Assembly (NCBI RefSeq): GCF_022539665.2
Contig: NC_081331.1
Coordinates: 1,488,001-1,552,000 of the forward strand
Source: Daphnia carinata
Taxonomy: Eukaryota
DNA length: 64,000 nt
Reading direction: 5' to 3'
Shown: positions 13,710 to 26,850 of the stretch, piece after piece
How positions within the stretch are numbered: the first letter of the stretch is position 1
How the letters are laid out: every line of letters begins with the position of its first letter
The notes under the pieces: model-generated
Databases searched by the model: none
What the model was told of the DNA's origin: nothing
What the model saw: the letters and a program-made list of their open reading frames with translations, nothing else
Made by a program: the position numbers and the translations under genes

Positions 13710-15529
13710 GTTATATCGTTTTTTTTTTTTTTGCAGACCGCTGCCCGCGTTTCAAAATGAAGACGTAAAAAAAACGAGTGGTGAGATAAAGGAAGGTGAG
13801 TAACTTTACGTAACGAATAAACACTTGGACGCACAACGCTTGGCAGCCTTGAATTTCGCAATTGCACAGGTTTCTGTAGATATATCGGTTAGTTTACGAA
13901 AATCAAGCAAAACACTTCACATCACGACCAATATGCAATGATAGTGCCATCAGCTCACGGTGTAAAAACATAAAATCACAACTTTTCCACCGAAGAAACC
14001 AATGCCGAATGAATTGAATTGATACTAAATGTAGACCAATACGCAGAAGGTTAGGTTGTCTTCCTTCGGGAGAGTCTAAGGAGCGTGCATGCGACCTACA
14101 GAGAGTACCCGTCTTGTCTGGGATAGTAACCAGCGTGTCCCCACTTACTTATAACGTTGCCCTGGTACATCGCCTCTCTTTCGCCCATTCAAGACACACA
14201 CACACACGCCCCAACCGAGTAGGCTGATCCTCTGGTGAGCACCACAAAACCGTAAAGGAACGAAAGAGAGAGAAAGAGAGAGAGAAAGAGAATTGCTACG
14301 AGGCAGCTCAGCAGCAGGGGGAGTGAAAAATGGAAAACCTGGGGGTCACTCGAAAACCCGAAAGAAAAAAAAAAAGATAACTTGGTATCTACGTATACAT
14401 ACATATGGTAGTATACAATGCACATATACACCTATGCGAGAAAATCGAAACAAGGGAAAGATCCCTTCGAAAGGCCGGAGCCGCCCCTCGGAATTGTTCA
14501 ATCTCTTCTTCTTCCTCCTCTTCTCTTATGTATTCTTCTTTTTTTTTTGTTTCTTGTTCTTCTGGAATTTCACCGCAACGGGCCCTAAGGGAGGAAAGTA
14601 TTAGTTTTCCCGTATAGCTTTTTCTTGTTGAGTCCTATCTCTTCTTTGAAAACAAGGGGAGCTTACCTTAGACGGCAGTAAGAAGGAAAGAGAAGGAAAG
14701 AAAAGGACAGTGAACAAAAAATTAGAAATAAAATTAAAAATTTAACCGAAAAACAACATAAAAGTTAAGGCATACACCTGGAGAAATTGGTGATTCTTTT
14801 GGGCCGCCCACCACCACCAAACCCTCATCAATACACCGCAGACGTTGGTTTTCTCGCGCATGCGTGTCTTTCTGGATAAGTTGAGCGAGCAAAGAGGAGG
14901 GATCACGACCAGGCTGGGTGAGGCGGGCTGTTTCCCGTTTACCAGCGCCCGCTATTGCCTCTGTGCAAGCCATAACACCAGCCGGATACGTCATTAATGC
15001 TCACTACACTAGAACATCCTCTCATTTCTCTATTTCCATTTGAATGACCATTGCGTTTGATGATGGAGTTCGTGCAAGATGGGAAAACTCATATAATAAT
15101 ATACAGGACAAATATAAACAAGCTGAACGCTATAGCACATCTGCCTTTCCGTAAAATGACATAACACGGATTTGGAACGCGGAGAAGTAATAAAAAAAAA
15201 TGACATGAAACTTGAAAAAAAAAACAAGCTACAAAAAGACTGACGGAGATCGTAAATCAGGAAATCGTGCGGTACGGAACTACTCACTGTGGATGGATAT
15301 TCGGAACAAGACGCGGAGAAACTAATCCGCTCCAGCTTTCACTTCATTTTCAGTGACCACATCAAGAAAGCTTTGGCTTACCGTCTGTTGTTGTTCTTAC
15401 ACGAGACGGATGTTGTTCAACATTGTGATGGACTATTTCAAATTCTACGCCATATCTCCCACGAAAAATTGTTTATGACTGCGAGTAAAAATGATTTTCT
15501 TTAAAATTCCAGAATCATTTTTTTGTTGT

Positions 15530-18500
15530 TCACGAACAATGGCGACGAGATGATGGATCAACTACCGGAATTTTATCCACTGACGATTGCAAATAAAGTG
15601 TTTTGGCAATACAAAACACTTTTAGGGCGTCTGGCCGTTCGGTGGGAGCGCGTTGCAAACAGGATCCTACCAAATGGCGCATCTGAAATGGCGAGAAATG
15701 ATTTCGACATATCAGGATAGATAAGAAAAACAAAAGTGACGAGTGTGGTTACGTCATCGCTGTAGCGATCAGACGGCAATGGCGGGTATTCACAGCGTTC
15801 GATGTTTTGGCGAAGTGCGTTCCAGTTGGACTTGAAACAATTGAAAGGCGGCTGGAGCGCTGCCATCTAAGGGAATTGGAATGCTCAGTAATGACATTGA
15901 CATACACAGTTTTTTATAGTTAAAGATGACGGTGCGCAACATTTTTTAAAAAATACAGTGAAAGCCTTGTACGAGCACGAGGACAGATAGCTGCAATAAC
16001 CTCGGATGTTTTCAGTTTCAATGACTAGTAAGAACTAAACAATGGCAGAATTGATGCAACAGTATCCGTCTACAACTATTAATCTAGCACGCCATTTTCA
16101 ATCAGCCCAATGCTATTTCTTTACTAGTAAGCATAGAAAATAAAACGCGTATTTTAATCACTTGAATATGCGGCAATTTTATCATAAAATTATACACAAC
16201 CTCATAAAGGAGACAGCCAAGTGACCAAATATCCGATGAAAAATCATAGCCGCATTGATTGAGTCGCTCAGGGCTGATTCATGTGTAAAGCAAGCAAAGG
16301 AAAAAGAAAAAGATGTAGCCAAAAGAAAACCAAGAATGCTGCGTGTTAATAAAGAATGTTAAGCTTACCTCATGTAATATGGAGTCCCGACAAGCGAATG
16401 CGCTGCAAATGTTTTGCTGGGGAACGCAATGAATGTTGTTGTGGTACGGGGGAAAAGGGGAATACCAAAAAGAAAAAGAAAAATCATCTAATTGCCATTC
16501 TGCAGCATGGGCGGTGATGTTATTCTTATAGTAAAAAAGGGAAAAACCCACCGAATCTCCATATTTACACGATATGATCGTACCTGCTGAAGAAGCGCCC
16601 AAGACCCAAGTCTCCCAGTTTCACGGTCAAGTCCGAAGTTAAGAAGACATTGGCCGGCTTGATGTCTACAAGCCATCGTAACACAAAAGTTAAAACGTGC
16701 GCAGTGCGAAAATAAAAATGTGAGGCATTTCCCATAGAAGTGTAAATCATAAAAACGCGCGTATAGCGAACATTGCCCCTCTTTGCACAGGTAAACGTGT
16801 TAAGAACCACAACCGGTATGCACACGTTGTAACGGATGCATGTTCAATGCCCTGGCGTTGCGTGACGCTTAAAACAACGTGCATCATTTTAAAGCATAAA
16901 ATGTAATGTACCGCTAAATAAATATCGTCATTTTTTACCTCTATGAACGATTCGTTTTTCGTGGATGTGTGAGAGGGCCGAAGCGATTTGAACAAAAAAT
17001 CGCCAAATGGCTTGTTCTGTCATAAGTCTGGAATGACGTTGACAGCTGCTGATTACAAATTGCGATGGACGGGCAAGGAAACGCCAAAAGCGACATGTAC
17101 GTAAAGAAAAAGAAGAAAAAACAAAACAAAACATGACGAAGCGAAAACAGCAACAACAAAAAAGGCATCGCGCAGCTATCGATGCCCTTGTTCCAATTTG
17201 AAACTCCCTTCACGCAAGAATCAGATCCCATAAAGAGAGATAAAAGATTAACATCGTTTAATAATAATAGGTATATCGTATCTCTAAACAAAACAAAAAA
17301 ATAAGGTACATAGAAAGACGTCACGGACGAACCTGAAGAGAAATTTGGCCAAATCTCCCGCACCTGCTAGCTCAAGCACGATCAGCAGCTGGCCGGATTG
17401 CTTTTCTTCGAACGAACCCAAATAGCGCACCACATTCGGATGTTTCAGTTGCTATAACACACAAACCGAAAGTTGTTTTTTTTTTTCTTTTGGAATTTTG
17501 AAGTAGAGAAAGGTAGACTGGGAAGAGGAAAACATGAAGAAACAAAGTCTGGTTGTCATCCGAATCAGGGCGTGAAATGCAAAACACGCGGTACCACCCA
17601 CATTTTCTACTAGAATTATCGGTCGTGCTTCTCCAACAATTGTCTCTTTCCCATTGGCTATTATTCTGCTTAATTACGTAAAACAAAAACATTTAAGTTG
17701 CGTCATCAACCACATTTTTTCACTGGGGCCTGTTGCTATGTCTTGTTGTCTGTTGGCGTTTTCGAACCGGATGCAGAATAAATTAGCAAAATACCAAGCG
17801 CGAATAAAAAAAAAATAATTTCAACTGTTTTGAAAAGCCATGAAAAGGTCACATGAGCCAAGAAAAAAAAAACCAGTCGGACCTTACGCAACATCCTTCC
17901 ACAAAAAAAAAATATAAACATTATCTCAGCTAAGATCTTGGCCGCCGCTTAAGTCTTCAGACTTGCGACTGTGTGTCAATATCCCGTTAGGCCAAACATT
18001 GTAGCCAATTTGGGATGATACAAGGGTGTTCTCTGATTCCACGCAGGCATATACGACAAGAAGAAGCTTCAAAACTAAAAGTTTTTTCTTAACTTAAGCA
18101 GTTGAACTTCTTTGAGGCAGTCGGCCCGTGCTTTGGAGTCGACCATTTCGAGCAGCTCGACACGTTTGATTGCAACTTGGCGTTGAGGGCAGGGTCGGAA
18201 TGTGGCTGAATACACCTTTTGAATAACATTCAAATTACGAATGCAACCAAGAACAATGTGAAACCAGAAAAGACTTAGTGATCAAGAAGTGATTAGAGTT
18301 CATCTCTTAATTTTAGCATTGCATTGTCATTCCATACACCATTTTTTTAATGCCTTGACGGACAAGTGGTGAATTGAATTACCTGACTAAATTGCCCTTT
18401 GCCGATTTCACGACTCACAGCAAATTGTGACAGAGACAGTGTCTCCTCGTCTGCCAGTAGACCGTCGTCATTGGCCAAAGTGACGTCACGTACCACATCG

Positions 18501-18535
18501 TTTGAACGTAACGGAAACTTAGCGTTCTTCTCCAT
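15530..18535 (-). CDS. NEK7: NIMA-related Ser/Thr kinase of the NEK6/NEK7 subfamily, 9 coding exons
   Basis: Spliced translation: IGKGQFSQV|YSA..VAIKRVELLEMVDSKARADCLKEVQLLK|QLKHPNVVRY..|..IVHR|DIKPANVFL..VKLGDLGLGRFFS|..AAHSLVGTPYYM|SPER..SDIWSLGCLLYE|MAALQPPF..CEYPPLPSDRYS..|MRHLVGSCL..ERP. The DLG motif and the kinase-only architecture are diagnostic for NEK6/7. NEK6 and NEK7 cannot be told apart in an invertebrate. The intron 2 donor is anomalous (see findings). Confidence 0.88.
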
Positions 18536-18830
18536 GGCTCGGAACAAACGTAGAAACTTCCTTATACGTAATTTCACGATAACACAAAGTCTATTGGCTG
18601 ACGATGACGTGGCAGAAAAAGCACACGTTTAGTGACCGATGTCACCCTCGTTAGGAATTTGACTGGCCAACATTTTCAGTTCATTAACCCTGATGACACC
18701 TTTTGCAGTTGTTTTTGTGACGTCACAAGCTGCCAACTCGACAGTGAAATTACGAACGCAATTGGTTCTATGGAAAGCCAATGAGTTTCATCGTGGACAA
18801 CCCAACGACGTCACAGGTATTTCGTCACTA
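18480..18830. promoter_or_regulatory. CRE/ATF-type palindromes around the NEK6/7 start
   Basis: GTGACGTCAC at 18480-18489 and 18717-18726, plus partial sites (GACGTCAC ~18807-18814, CGTCAC ~18823). Confidence 0.35.
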
Positions 18831-19054
18831 CCATCGCATTGCCCATTTTATGTTGTTTTTTTATCTGTCGCCAGTGAGATTTCAGACTTTTTATTTTGTT
18901 AGTTGGTCGAGTGAACTCGAGTACGAAAGCGACTCACGCAATAAAAATCGAAACAACCGTTGATATGATGCAATAATCCAATGGTTCGTGACATTGGACC
19001 TACAGAGAAACATTACAACACAAAGATAACCGTAGATGTGCTGTGACAACTACA

Positions 19055-19068
19055 TATCGATATAAATA
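19055..19068. promoter_or_regulatory. DRE (TATCGATA) overlapping a TATA-like box
   Basis: TATCGATA at 19055-19062 overlaps TATAAATA at 19061-19068, about 520 bp upstream of the NEK6/7 ATG. Motif match only. Confidence 0.3.
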
Positions 19069-21720
19069 GTTGCACGCAAACGTGAACTAAAGTATCACCT
19101 CTTTACTGCAGGTGTCTTTTCTATTCGTTTCCTGTCGCTCCAGTTTCAGCAAGCCAGTTACGTTTCTATATTTGTTTTCCTTTCTTTTGCGGAACGAGAC
19201 GTGAAACGCTAGAGGAATGTCTCGGTTTCGCCTTTCCTCTGCTAACTCATCAGACCAGAATAAACGCCTTGTCTATACTGTTAAATTTATGGTAATTTTC
19301 GTATGCATGCTGCACCAGCGATGATGGGAAGGTGTGTCTTTGCCACCGGAGGTGAATCCGCACCATATTGCAAGTGGGTTAGCACGATAGTACGCCATGA
19401 CCTCAATTCCACCGCTTCGCTTTTCCCTTTTCACCAATTCACTTTCCTTTGCTGCTGCTTCGCAATAAGAGAGTGATTAGAAAGAGAAAGGAATGGGCCT
19501 ATTAGTTTTGGCGTTCAAGTCCAAAATAGGCTCACCTCCGTATGGGTAGATGTGTGTACTATAGCTATGCGGTTAGCTGGTACACATCGGAAAAATACAC
19601 GTAAAGAGTAGAACATGCGAACTAACCAAAGCGAAAGTAAACCGTTTAAAAGGAAAAAAAAAAGAAAATGAAAAATGGAAACTCTTGTGATTATTCCCTC
19701 AGACTTTCGCCATATATTTATGAATATTGGAGTGTCTTAGTATTTTTTTAGCGTTTTCGTTAACATTAGTCTTTTGTTTCTTTCACCATTTTCAGCTTAA
19801 AGTTAAGGGAGAAGATATACGAAGTGCAATAATATAGCCAGCTGGTTGCGGTTTATCTCCGACACTACTTGCCCAGCGGAAAAATGTGGTGTACAACCAG
19901 CTACTACGAGTTACTAGTGAAAATTTCTTTCCTATTTCGTTAATTAGTATGCACACATTTCACCATTCATGACGTTCTTGCACATTTTTTTCTCTCCTTT
20001 GGCTCCTTTCCCTTTGCTCATGTCTCTAAGGATGACAGCCGAATTGTTGATGGGAAAATGGAATCATTGATCGCTCGTGATCGATGCGGCTTGAGCCAGT
20101 TATCGATCAGCGTGATCGTGTGGTTGAGTTTCAACAGGTGATCGCTTCACGCCACCCTAGGTACCGATTTTCCGCGGTCAAATCTCAGAAAAAATTTCGT
20201 GAATCATAGCTTACTTGGTAAGCCTTTTCTTCGGACTTCCCCGCATTATTTGAAGGCTCTTTTGAATTGTGCAAATTCAGGACGACCTTCTAAAATTTGC
20301 GTATTTTCCCAACTAAAAATGATTGCAACAGCCTCAAGAGAGACTCTGTTGCCGCCTTCATTCGTTACGTCTTCCTGTCGTGAAAGGAAAAAATGTTCGT
20401 TTCACGCGTACAAATTTCCACGACTTCTCTTTAGCGGTTTCTTGACTTGACCGTATACGATTTGGCGTTGGCGAGGTCGAAAAAAAGTTTCGAAGAAAAG
20501 ATGAAGAAATGTTTGACGGTCACCTTCTTCAAGCAAGAAACCTTGGTAATGATGACTCTGGTTATTACTAGTATTTTTGCATCCATAATGGCTGTGAGTC
20601 CAAGGCTATTTTGCCACGTTTCGCCATGTCATCGCTTGTTATTAATAGATGGATGTGAGTTTATCACAGTGGGTAGCGCACCTGTTCCAAAAATCCTGAA
20701 TAGCAGGACCATACTTAACGTTGGGGCCAAGGTCTTGCAATTAATAAAAAAATGAAGGTCTTCAATTGCCCTTTTTAGAGAACGTGTTATCAGCTTATCG
20801 GTTGCTCTCAATCTAATACTATGGCAAGCCTCAAAGTAAAAATCATCATCTTGGCTGATATCAAATTATTTGGCTGGCACCATCGCCATCTGTTGGATAG
20901 TCCAGCGTGAAAAATGTTGGCTTCCGCTTTGCTCTTATGCATGCCCTAAACGTAATAAAAAAACCGAAATGAAAATGCAACTAGGACAAGAGATTTGAGT
21001 ACAGTACTAGACAACAATGTTGTCGTTTTATTGTGGAATGAGCAGATGTGATGTATATTTCTAAATAATATGGATATTGTAATGGTTTTTTTTTTTGCAT
21101 GCAGCCACCAGCTTAAGAACACGGGCAACTGCAGGAGGAATAAACGTGGAGTGTGTAATCAAGGGGAAGTTGCGCATGGGTAACATGGGAGAATTAACCG
21201 CTTAGCAGTCAGACGACCATTGACATAAAAGAACCGCCCGAAATTCAAAAGAAAACAAAATCAAACAAAATATAGAACTCGTTCGGCTTTGACAATGTTT
21301 GTTTTTTTTTGTGTGTTGTTTATCTTGTTTTTCCCGTCCATATAAGGCAAAACTGAGGGAATTAAAAACAAAATCATTCATGAAAAAAAAGAAGCACATA
21401 CATACAATGTCATCACATATCCATGCACGTATTGGTTTCCATTGCTCTGTAATTAAACTATTATTTGCATATAATGCAACTACTCATTCCTTTTAACACT
21501 ATTTTTTTGTTGAGAATTTTCTGAAATTTTTTGTCTTCATCTTTCTGTACTTCATGGGTGTTGGAAGAGATACTACTTTTCTATACTGTGTGTAAAGAAG
21601 GTTATAATGACAAGAGAAAAAAAAAAACGTTGATATAAATGATAATTGGATGGTTATCCATCACGATTGTGGTGTCTGCAAAAACAAAACAAAAAAGCGA
21701 TTAATGATATCAATGAGCGG

Positions 21721-24700
21721 CTACGTGGCCTGCAGTGCGCCGCCAAATATCCAAGTGAACAAGCGCAAGCCGACAAAGAACGCGACGAGCAAAAGGATCG
21801 CTTGAGTAGCCTTTTGTAGCCAATAAAACCTTTTTAATCGAATGTATAAATAAGAATCAATAAATAAACTGTGTAACCAAATGAACGCACAATGATTAAA
21901 AAAAAAAAAAACCTTTTGATGATGATTTTGGCTTCTTCTACCGGTGTGTTATCCTTCAAAATGTATTTTTTCGTACCCGCCACGTAGTTGGTAATGTACT
22001 GCCGCCAATTGATTTGACGCACGTCAAAGTAGAAAATCTCACGATCCTGAGCCGACATTTTGTCCAGCAGGCGGATAGCATTATCGCTGATGAATCGCCA
22101 CTGTCGAATCGTGTAAAAATTAAGGCACGCCATAGCCCTATCGGCTTTGCTGTAGAATCGAACCTAAAGAACAAGGTGAAATCGAAATTTGTCACGAGCT
22201 TTTTCCCACAAATTTTAATTGCATTGTTTGTACCAATTTAGGCTGTTTGCCTAGCAATCGAGCGAGGAAATCGATTATGTAAGCCGGAATGTAGTGAAAG
22301 ATGTAAGCGGCGATTGTGTAGTTCCACTCGCTGCTGATGAAACTGATGCTGGGGTACCACATGATATCTCCGCCAGGTTTTTCCATCCACGCATCGAACG
22401 CGATGGTGCGGAATTCACCCCAGCTAAGCGGATTTTGATCGCCAGTTGAGCAATTGTACACTTTTACTTCGTTAGATCTATAAAAAAACAATCACAATTA
22501 TAAAATCCAAGCTGAATTTGGGACATAGGGACGTGTTCAACTCACTTGTGAGTAGCCGTATACCAAGCAACGGCTAGCATCAAATGGATGGGGAATTCCA
22601 CCGGAATCATGTCGCCAACCAAGTCCGGTCGGGATCGTACCACTCGAAGGAAACCTTTGCCTACGCCCGCGATTATACCTAAGAACGTTTCCACTCAATT
22701 AAAGTGAAAATACAAATTGTAAGGAAAAAAAAAATATATCGAACCAGTTGGCCCGTTGATGTTATCAATCCAACCGGGCATGGGTTCCTTCAGGGCGGCC
22801 GTCACGGTTGACGGTCTAACGATGGCCAGCGGAATGTCACCGTGCTCCTCGCGCAGCAACTGTTCGGCGATGGCTTTGGTGTAGGCGTACGTATTGGGAC
22901 ATTTGCCTACAAGTCTACGCAGCAAATACAGACAAGAAACAACAAACTGTTAAGACTCCATAAGTATCATTTTAACTGTCAGCCATATGCGTGAATAAGC
23001 GACTTCCACGATCACAAGTGGATTTCACCAGCTGACGCTGGAGCATATGCGTGTCTTTGGCAGAGAGAAGAAAAGAAATTTAACAGACAAAACCACGTTT
23101 TGCTCTTTCTTTTGTGTCTTTCTCGGTCTCAAAACGCAACAATTAGGTCGCAACTGCTAGTACTTCTTTTCTACTAGTTAACTGTCTACTTAGTTAAATG
23201 GCGAAAGCACCAAACAGCTGCTGTACGTTTGTCCGCAAAAAAAGGAAAACCGAAACATTTGAGCAATTTGAGATTCGTTTGTCGTTGACGAAGATGTGAT
23301 GGTATAAGCAACAATGGCGATCACAACCACCAAGAGAGCCTCGAGCCATTTCTCATGCGCATTATAACTGAGGCGTCTGTGAGTAGTCATAAATTTTTTT
23401 CTTACTTGCTGGTGATGCTCGTCAGCATGTCCTCGTCCAGACAATCGACGATTTCAAGCAGTTTTCGAGGCGTAATAGGCGTCGGGTAGATAACTTCCTC
23501 AATACTTTCCTTGTCCAGGTTATTATAAGCCGTTGAGACGTGAACGAGAGCCTGTTACATGATAATGAAGAGACAAACGTTGGTTTAAACGAGATTAACG
23601 ATGAACAACCGTTTGTATATAGACATGTACCTCTAAGCGTTTCATTTGATGGCAAACATTCATGAGCCGCTGCGGTCCTTTGACATTGAGCTCGACGGCC
23701 GTCCGCAAATCTTCGTCAAAACGAACTGTTGCCGCCGAGTTGAAAACGACCGAGACATCGTCGCATAGAAGTTTCAAGTCTTCAGGCGAGATGCCTAAGC
23801 TGGGCATGGTCACGTCTCCGGCCACGGGGATTACTTTGTTCATGACTTGGGGCCGGTCACGCCGTAAATTCTCGAAAACCTGTCAATTCATTCAATTCAT
23901 TTGATTTTTTTTCAAATTCGCTTTCTACTTCGTTTGTTAGTAGGCAACTACAAATCAAAGTTACAAATTTTACAAAATGTCATAACAATTTCTTAATGAA
24001 CTTCTTTCCTGTCCCCCAAGTCCGTGAATTTTAACATGCACGTGATTTAGTAAGCATAATTTTCGACGAGTCATCGTGACTTTTAATTCTCAATGTTCTG
24101 GCCTTTTCTCCACCGCCCACCGATAACCTTCCTCTCACGGCTATAAGCTTCCTCTTGCATTCTCGCTGGTGCAGTGGGTCACTTCTATCTCTCCCTCTCT
24201 CGAGCGTAAGCTCGAGGCACGCAACGTATATAGCCACCGGGATCGACAACACCATAATTCCATCTTTGCGCTCGGCCATGACCGGACGCATTCGCAGCGC
24301 AACCCGGCATGAATGACGCCATTCGTTCGGAATGGGGGCTCCACGGTTGAGCAGTTGAAACTTGAGGCAATCTCGAATAAGCTCATGTCTTGCGCACGCA
24401 TGTGTGTCTCCCCCCCCCCCCCCCCCTCCTCATATGTTTCGTCCAACGTTTCAAGCTCTCGCCATCGGGCAACGCGTCTCGACCGCTAAACTTCGATCCA
24501 AAGCAGCAACTGGCCAACATGGCGACGCTGCTGCTGGGCAAACGAATGTGTTGCACCCATGCGAGTACGGTTTCATCATCAGACAGAAAGAAAAGAAAAG
24601 CGTTTGTTGGGTGGGACGCAAACTCGATGGAACGGAACCAAATAGCAAATGGATGAGATCCATTGCTGCAACGTGACTGACTTGCTCAACACAAGCCAGT

Positions 24701-25260
24701 AGCGAGCAAAGAAAACGGGTACACGAGCACCTGAAACCCAGACAACCAGTTAATGTTGTGTGTTGCACCATCCCACGTCCGTCCTTTACTTTTTTTTTTT
24801 TAAACATACCCTTCAAACAAACTTTCTCTTTGAGCTTCCCATAGACGTTCTCGCCACCTTTATCGAAATTGCGTTGGCCCATAATTACTCGGCACCCACA
24901 GCAAAGCGGATATTGCATGATTAGATCCGTCTGTCTGCAAACAGAGTCTTGTTCCAATAGTTCCATCGGGATGTAGCAAACATCCGACGTAATCGTTTCC
25001 TTTTGACCAAAGGTTTCTCTTAAACAAAAAAAAATTAATTAATGAAATTATCTTACGATGTGTTGGTTGAATTCCTCAATCCGGGTGCGGACATCTTGGC
25101 CTCTTTTGGGTCGGATGAGCAAATAGACGGCCTTGAGGTCTGGGCAGGATCGCAGCAATTTCTCCACTAGCACTTTGCCGAGAAACCCCGTCCCACCTGT
25201 GACGAACACGCTCCGGCCGCGGTAAAACTCGACCATATTGGATAATTCCTTCGTCTCCAT
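21721..25260 (-). CDS. Fatty acyl-CoA reductase (FAR), paralog B, 8 coding exons
   Basis: [79 protein letters not shown] and a C-terminal TM helix ending GALQAT-TAG. Exons are about 25260-25057, 23879-23631, 23551-23406, 22914-22745, 22678-22546, 22477-22234, 22163-21913 and 21829-21721. Introns fall at the same positions as in paralog A. Confidence 0.95.
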
Positions 25261-26850
25261 GATGGCGGCTGATGAAACTTCGAAATCGGAGGCTGACTGG
25301 ATCGCTCGACACAGCCGACCTTTCTGTTTAGACCTTGACACAAACGATGTTCAACAACAAATAGAAAAAAAAAAAGAAAAAAACAAATTATTTGAAAACA
25401 AACAAAAAATTCAACAAGGGCAAGGTAAATAGATTGAACATGATCGTGTTGAATAAGCAATTTCCACTAATGCATCAAAGCCTTCCTGTGGAATTGACGG
25501 CTGTAAAAATAGGGAAATCACGATTCAAGTTCTTTACCATACAAGCCGTGTGTCTGGACGAGAAACTGAAAAATTATTCTATCTCCTGTCACGGACCAAG
25601 TGCAAAAAGAAGAAAAGGTCGGGAAAATCAGACAAGGACGACTGGGAGGGAAATGGCAGGGGGGGGGGGGGGAGACAAGCAAAAGAGAAAGACGAATCGG
25701 TGGGGAAAGGATAGAAACGAACCGAACAAACGCGGAATGCCAATGCGAAAAGGTAGGGTGCAGCATGTGATTTCAAATCCACACAGCTAAAGAGGAGGAA
25801 AGGAATGAATCTTAAAAGATGCAAATTGGGGGCAACCCGTAGAGGGTGTATTCTTTCAGATCGAAAATTGTCCCCCCTCCCCCCAAACTATTTCCGTCCC
25901 GCCACCAACCTTAACTTTTTTTTTTTTATGACTTATTTCTATAGTCAAAAAAAAAGAAAAAAAGAAAGAAGATACAAAAATATACACACAAGGACAGGAA
26001 GGATAGAACACACAAAAAAAGGTCCCTTTATGGGCGTTTTTCTTTTGTTCTACGCACTCGTCGGTGAATTCCAAGTTATTTTTTGCAAATGCAAATTGAC
26101 TAAACATACCTTATAAAGGTTGAGGTTGTGTTTTTGGCGGCCAATCAAATGCTATCTCGTTTCTGTAAACCGCCGACCACCTACACGACGACCGTGAGCG
26201 ATCGTGAGATCGTTTAACTATAGAAGAAAAAATGCGGTGTCTGGCACGGGGATTCACCAACCAGTTGAGGCACTCACGAAACTGTCACTGCACTTAATGT
26301 ACACGCGGGAACGGACCACGGCGGACAGGAAAAGGCCAAAAAAAAAAAAATAATAATAAATAATAAAGAGAGGCACACCAACAACGACGTATTAGGAAAT
26401 CGGCTGGACGACACTAAACGATGTTGCAGGCCCTTCTATTCTATCTTCTTTAACTGGTTGCGACCGGTCCTTCGTCGTAAAAAAACTCTGTTGTACTGGA
26501 ATGTCGCGAAGGCGTGTTGAGTCTGTGAGTGCGTCTGGTCCACCACTGAGAGCTGCGTTTGCACCGCGAGTCTTTTCTGCAGAGAGAAATAAGCTTAGCT
26601 TTGGAAAGACGATTAATACCATCTGTGACGTCGAAGAAAGAAAGAGAAAGAATGAAAGAGAGAAAAGGAGACGCAGTTCACAGATAGGAGAGATGGGGAG
26701 GGATAGTAGTGGATACTGGGTACCTGGGCAGGTTATTTAGAAGCTTCGTTTTCTTTCATTTTTTTTTTATCCTTAGAGGAAGGCTGAAAAAAGGGAGAAA
26801 GAAGGAGAAACTATAAAGAATGATAGAACGAAAGAAAAAAACTACAAAAT

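Noticed and set aside
24031..24966. Several 60-170 aa ORFs inside FAR-B intron 1
   Set aside because: They overlap on both strands, run through homopolymers and show no domain features.
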